A DNA stretch of 64,000 nucleotides from Narcine bancroftii (taxonomy: Eukaryota): positions 58,962,001 to 59,026,000 of the forward strand of contig NC_091476.1 in NCBI RefSeq assembly GCF_036971445.1, written 5' to 3'. Each line of letters starts with the position of its first letter. The first letter of the stretch is position 1. Positions 61,901 to 64,000 of the stretch are shown here, in pieces. Under the pieces are notes generated by a model. That model saw only the letters and a program-made list of their open reading frames with translations, made no database searches and was not told where the DNA came from. The translations under genes were made by a program, and so were the position numbers.

Positions 61901-64000
61901 CCTCACCAGAACTCCAGGCCCAGCCTCACCAGTACTCCAGGTCCCGCCTACCCAGTAATCCAGGCCCAGCCTCACCAGTACTCGAAACCCAGCCTCCCCT
62001 GTACTCCAGGCCCAACCTCACCAGGCCCGGCCTCACATGAACTCATGGCCCGGCCTCCCCTGTGCTCCTAGCGCGGCCTCGCCGGTGCTCCTGGCCCAGC
62101 CTCGCAGGTATTCCTGGCCAGGACTCCCCGCTGCTCCTGGCCCGGCCTCGCCGTTGTTCCTGGCCTGGCCTCCCCGGTTCTCCTGTCCCGGCCTCCCCGA
62201 TGCTCCTGGCCCATTCTCCCCAGTGCTCCTGGCCCGGCCTCGCCGGTGCTCCTGGACCGCCCTCCCCAGTGCTCCTGGCCCGGCCTACCCGGTGCTCCTA
62301 GCCCGGCCTCGCCGGTGCTAATGGCCCGGCCTCGCCGGTGCTCCTAGCGCGGCCTTGCCGTTGCTCCTGGCCCAGACCCGCCGGTGCTCCTTGCCCGGCC
62401 TCCCCGCTGCTCCTGACCCGGCCTCGCCGGTCCTCCAGGCCTGGCCTCCCCGGTGCTCCTGGCCCGGCCTCTTCGGTACTCCTGGCCCAGCATCACCAGT
62501 ACTCCAGGCCCAGCCTCACCAGTACTCCTGGCCCAGCCTCACAAGTACTCCAGGCCCAGCCTCACCAGTACTCCAGGCCCAGCCTCACCAGTACTCCCGG
62601 CCCCGCCTCACCAGAACTCCAGCGCCAGCCTCCCCAGTACTCCAGGCCCAGCGTCACCAGCGCTCAAGGCCTATCCTGCCCAGTCTTCCAGGCCCAGCCT
62701 CACCAGTAATCCAGGCCCAGCCTCACCAGTACTCCTGGCCCAGCCTCACCAGTACTCCAGGCCCAGCCTCACCAGTACTCCAGGCCCAGCCTCACCAGTT
62801 CTCCAGGCCCGGCCTCACATGAACTCATGGCCTGGCCTCCTCGGTGCTCCTAGCACGGCCTCGCCGGTGCTCCTGGCCCAGCCTCGCCGGTATTCCTGGC
62901 CCGGACTCCCCGCTTTTCCTGGCCCGGCCTCGCCGGTGCTCCTGGCCTGGCACCCCCGGTGCTCCTGTCCCGGCCTCGCCGGTGCTCCTGGCCCAGCCTC
63001 TCCAGTACTCCAGGCTCAGCCTCCCTTGTCCACCAGGCCCATCCTCACCAGTACTCCAGGCCCAGCCTCACCAGTACTCCAGGCCCAGCCTCCCCAGTAC
63101 TCCAGGCCCAGCCTCCCCAGTACTCCAGTCTCAGCCTACCTTGTACACCAGGCCCATCTTCACCAGTACTCCAGGCCCAGCCTCACCAGTACTCCAGGCC
63201 CAGCCTCACCAGTACTCCAGGCCCAGCCTTGCCAGTAATCCAGGCCCAGCCTCACCAGTACTCCTGGGCCAGCCTCACCAGTTCTCTAGGGCCAGCTTCA
63301 CAAGTACTCCAGGCCCAGCCTCCCCAGTACTCCAGGCTCAGCCTCCCTTGTCCACCAGGCCCATCTTCAACAGTACTCCAGGCCCAGCCTCACCAGTACT
63401 CCAGGCCCAGCCTCACCAGTACTCCAGACCTAGCCTCACCAGTACTCCTGGTCCAGCCTCACCAGTACTCCAGGCCCAGCCTCCCCAGTACTCCAGGCTC
63501 AGCCTCCCTTGTCCACCAGGCCCATATATACCAGTACTTCAGGCCCAGCCTCACCAGTACTCCAGGCCCAGCCTCACCAGTACTCCAGGCCCAGCCTCCC
63601 CAGTATTCCAGGCGCAGCCTCACCAGTACTCCAGGCCCAGACTCACCAATACTCCTGGCCCAGCCTCACCAGTACTCCAGGCCCAGCCTACACAGTATTC
63701 CAGGCCCAGCCTCACCCGTACTCCAGGCCCAGCCTCACCCGTACTCCTGGCCCAGCCTCACCAGTACTCCAGGCCCAGCCTCACCAGCACTCCAGGCACA
63801 GCCTTACCAGTACTCCAGGCCCCGCCTCACCAGAACTCCAGCGCCAGCCTCACCAGTACTCCAGGCCCAGCCTCACCAGTAAATTAGGTCCAGCCTCACC
63901 AGTACTCCAGGACTATTTCACTCGCACCATGTGAAGCCTCCCCAGCACTCCAGGCCCAGCCTACCCAGCACTCCAGGCCCAGCCTCACCAGTGCTCCTGG
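52919..64000. repeat. 23-bp satellite array, right part, with ~2.5-kb and ~1.4-kb higher-order duplications
   Basis: ORF pairs at offsets 2497-2520 (52940/55460, 54458/56978), 1416-1439 (56978/58417, 57957/59373) and 3444 (57957/61401). Confidence 0.96.

Noticed and set aside
18-63934. Hundreds of Pro/Ser/Gln-rich or Gly/Arg-rich ORFs (mucin-, collagen- or extensin-like), e.g. 28457-30019 (520 aa)
   Set aside because: They overlap in all frames and on both strands, mostly start at GTG/TTG, and are simple translations of the 23-bp unit. There is no splice structure or unique domain.
1-64000. CRISPR-like array (23-bp repeats)
   Set aside because: The repeats are head-to-tail with no unique spacers and no cas genes, and the context is eukaryotic (ERV, LINE).
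1-64000. CENP-B box, telomeric repeats, rDNA/5S/tRNA/snRNA units, or immunoglobulin switch region
   Set aside because: No CENP-B box, TTAGGG array, RNA-gene sequence or dense AGCT/GAGCT pentamers were seen. A centromeric role cannot be asserted from sequence alone.

Overview
This is eukaryotic, vertebrate-like heterochromatic DNA with no credible host gene. About 88% of the window is a C-rich 23-bp tandem satellite. It comes in two block-arranged variants: CpG-rich 'A' (CCGGTGCTCCTGGCCCGGCCTCC) and CpG-poor 'B' (CCAGTACTCCAGGCCCAGCCTCA). The monomers are organised into nested higher-order repeats: ~0.7-2.5 kb modules, an ~8.4 kb duplication, a ~5.9 kb duplication and ~2.5/1.4 kb duplications. 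Two transposable elements interrupt the array. (1) A 5,565-bp non-autonomous class I endogenous retrovirus (32743-38307). It has two 689-bp LTRs that look identical, a 5-bp TSD, a perfect tRNA-Pro PBS, and a frameshifted, internally deleted HERV-I-like gag. It has no pol or recognisable env, and instead carries ~2.8 kb of unexplained cargo with an exon-like segment, hairpin repeats and a duplicated PPT. (2) A 5'-truncated RTE-clade LINE on the minus strand (51144-52918) with a 12-bp TSD and a nearly intact RT region. The hundreds of Pro/Ser-rich ORFs are by-products of the stop-free 23-mer. All comparisons were made by eye, and no database searches or alignments were run.
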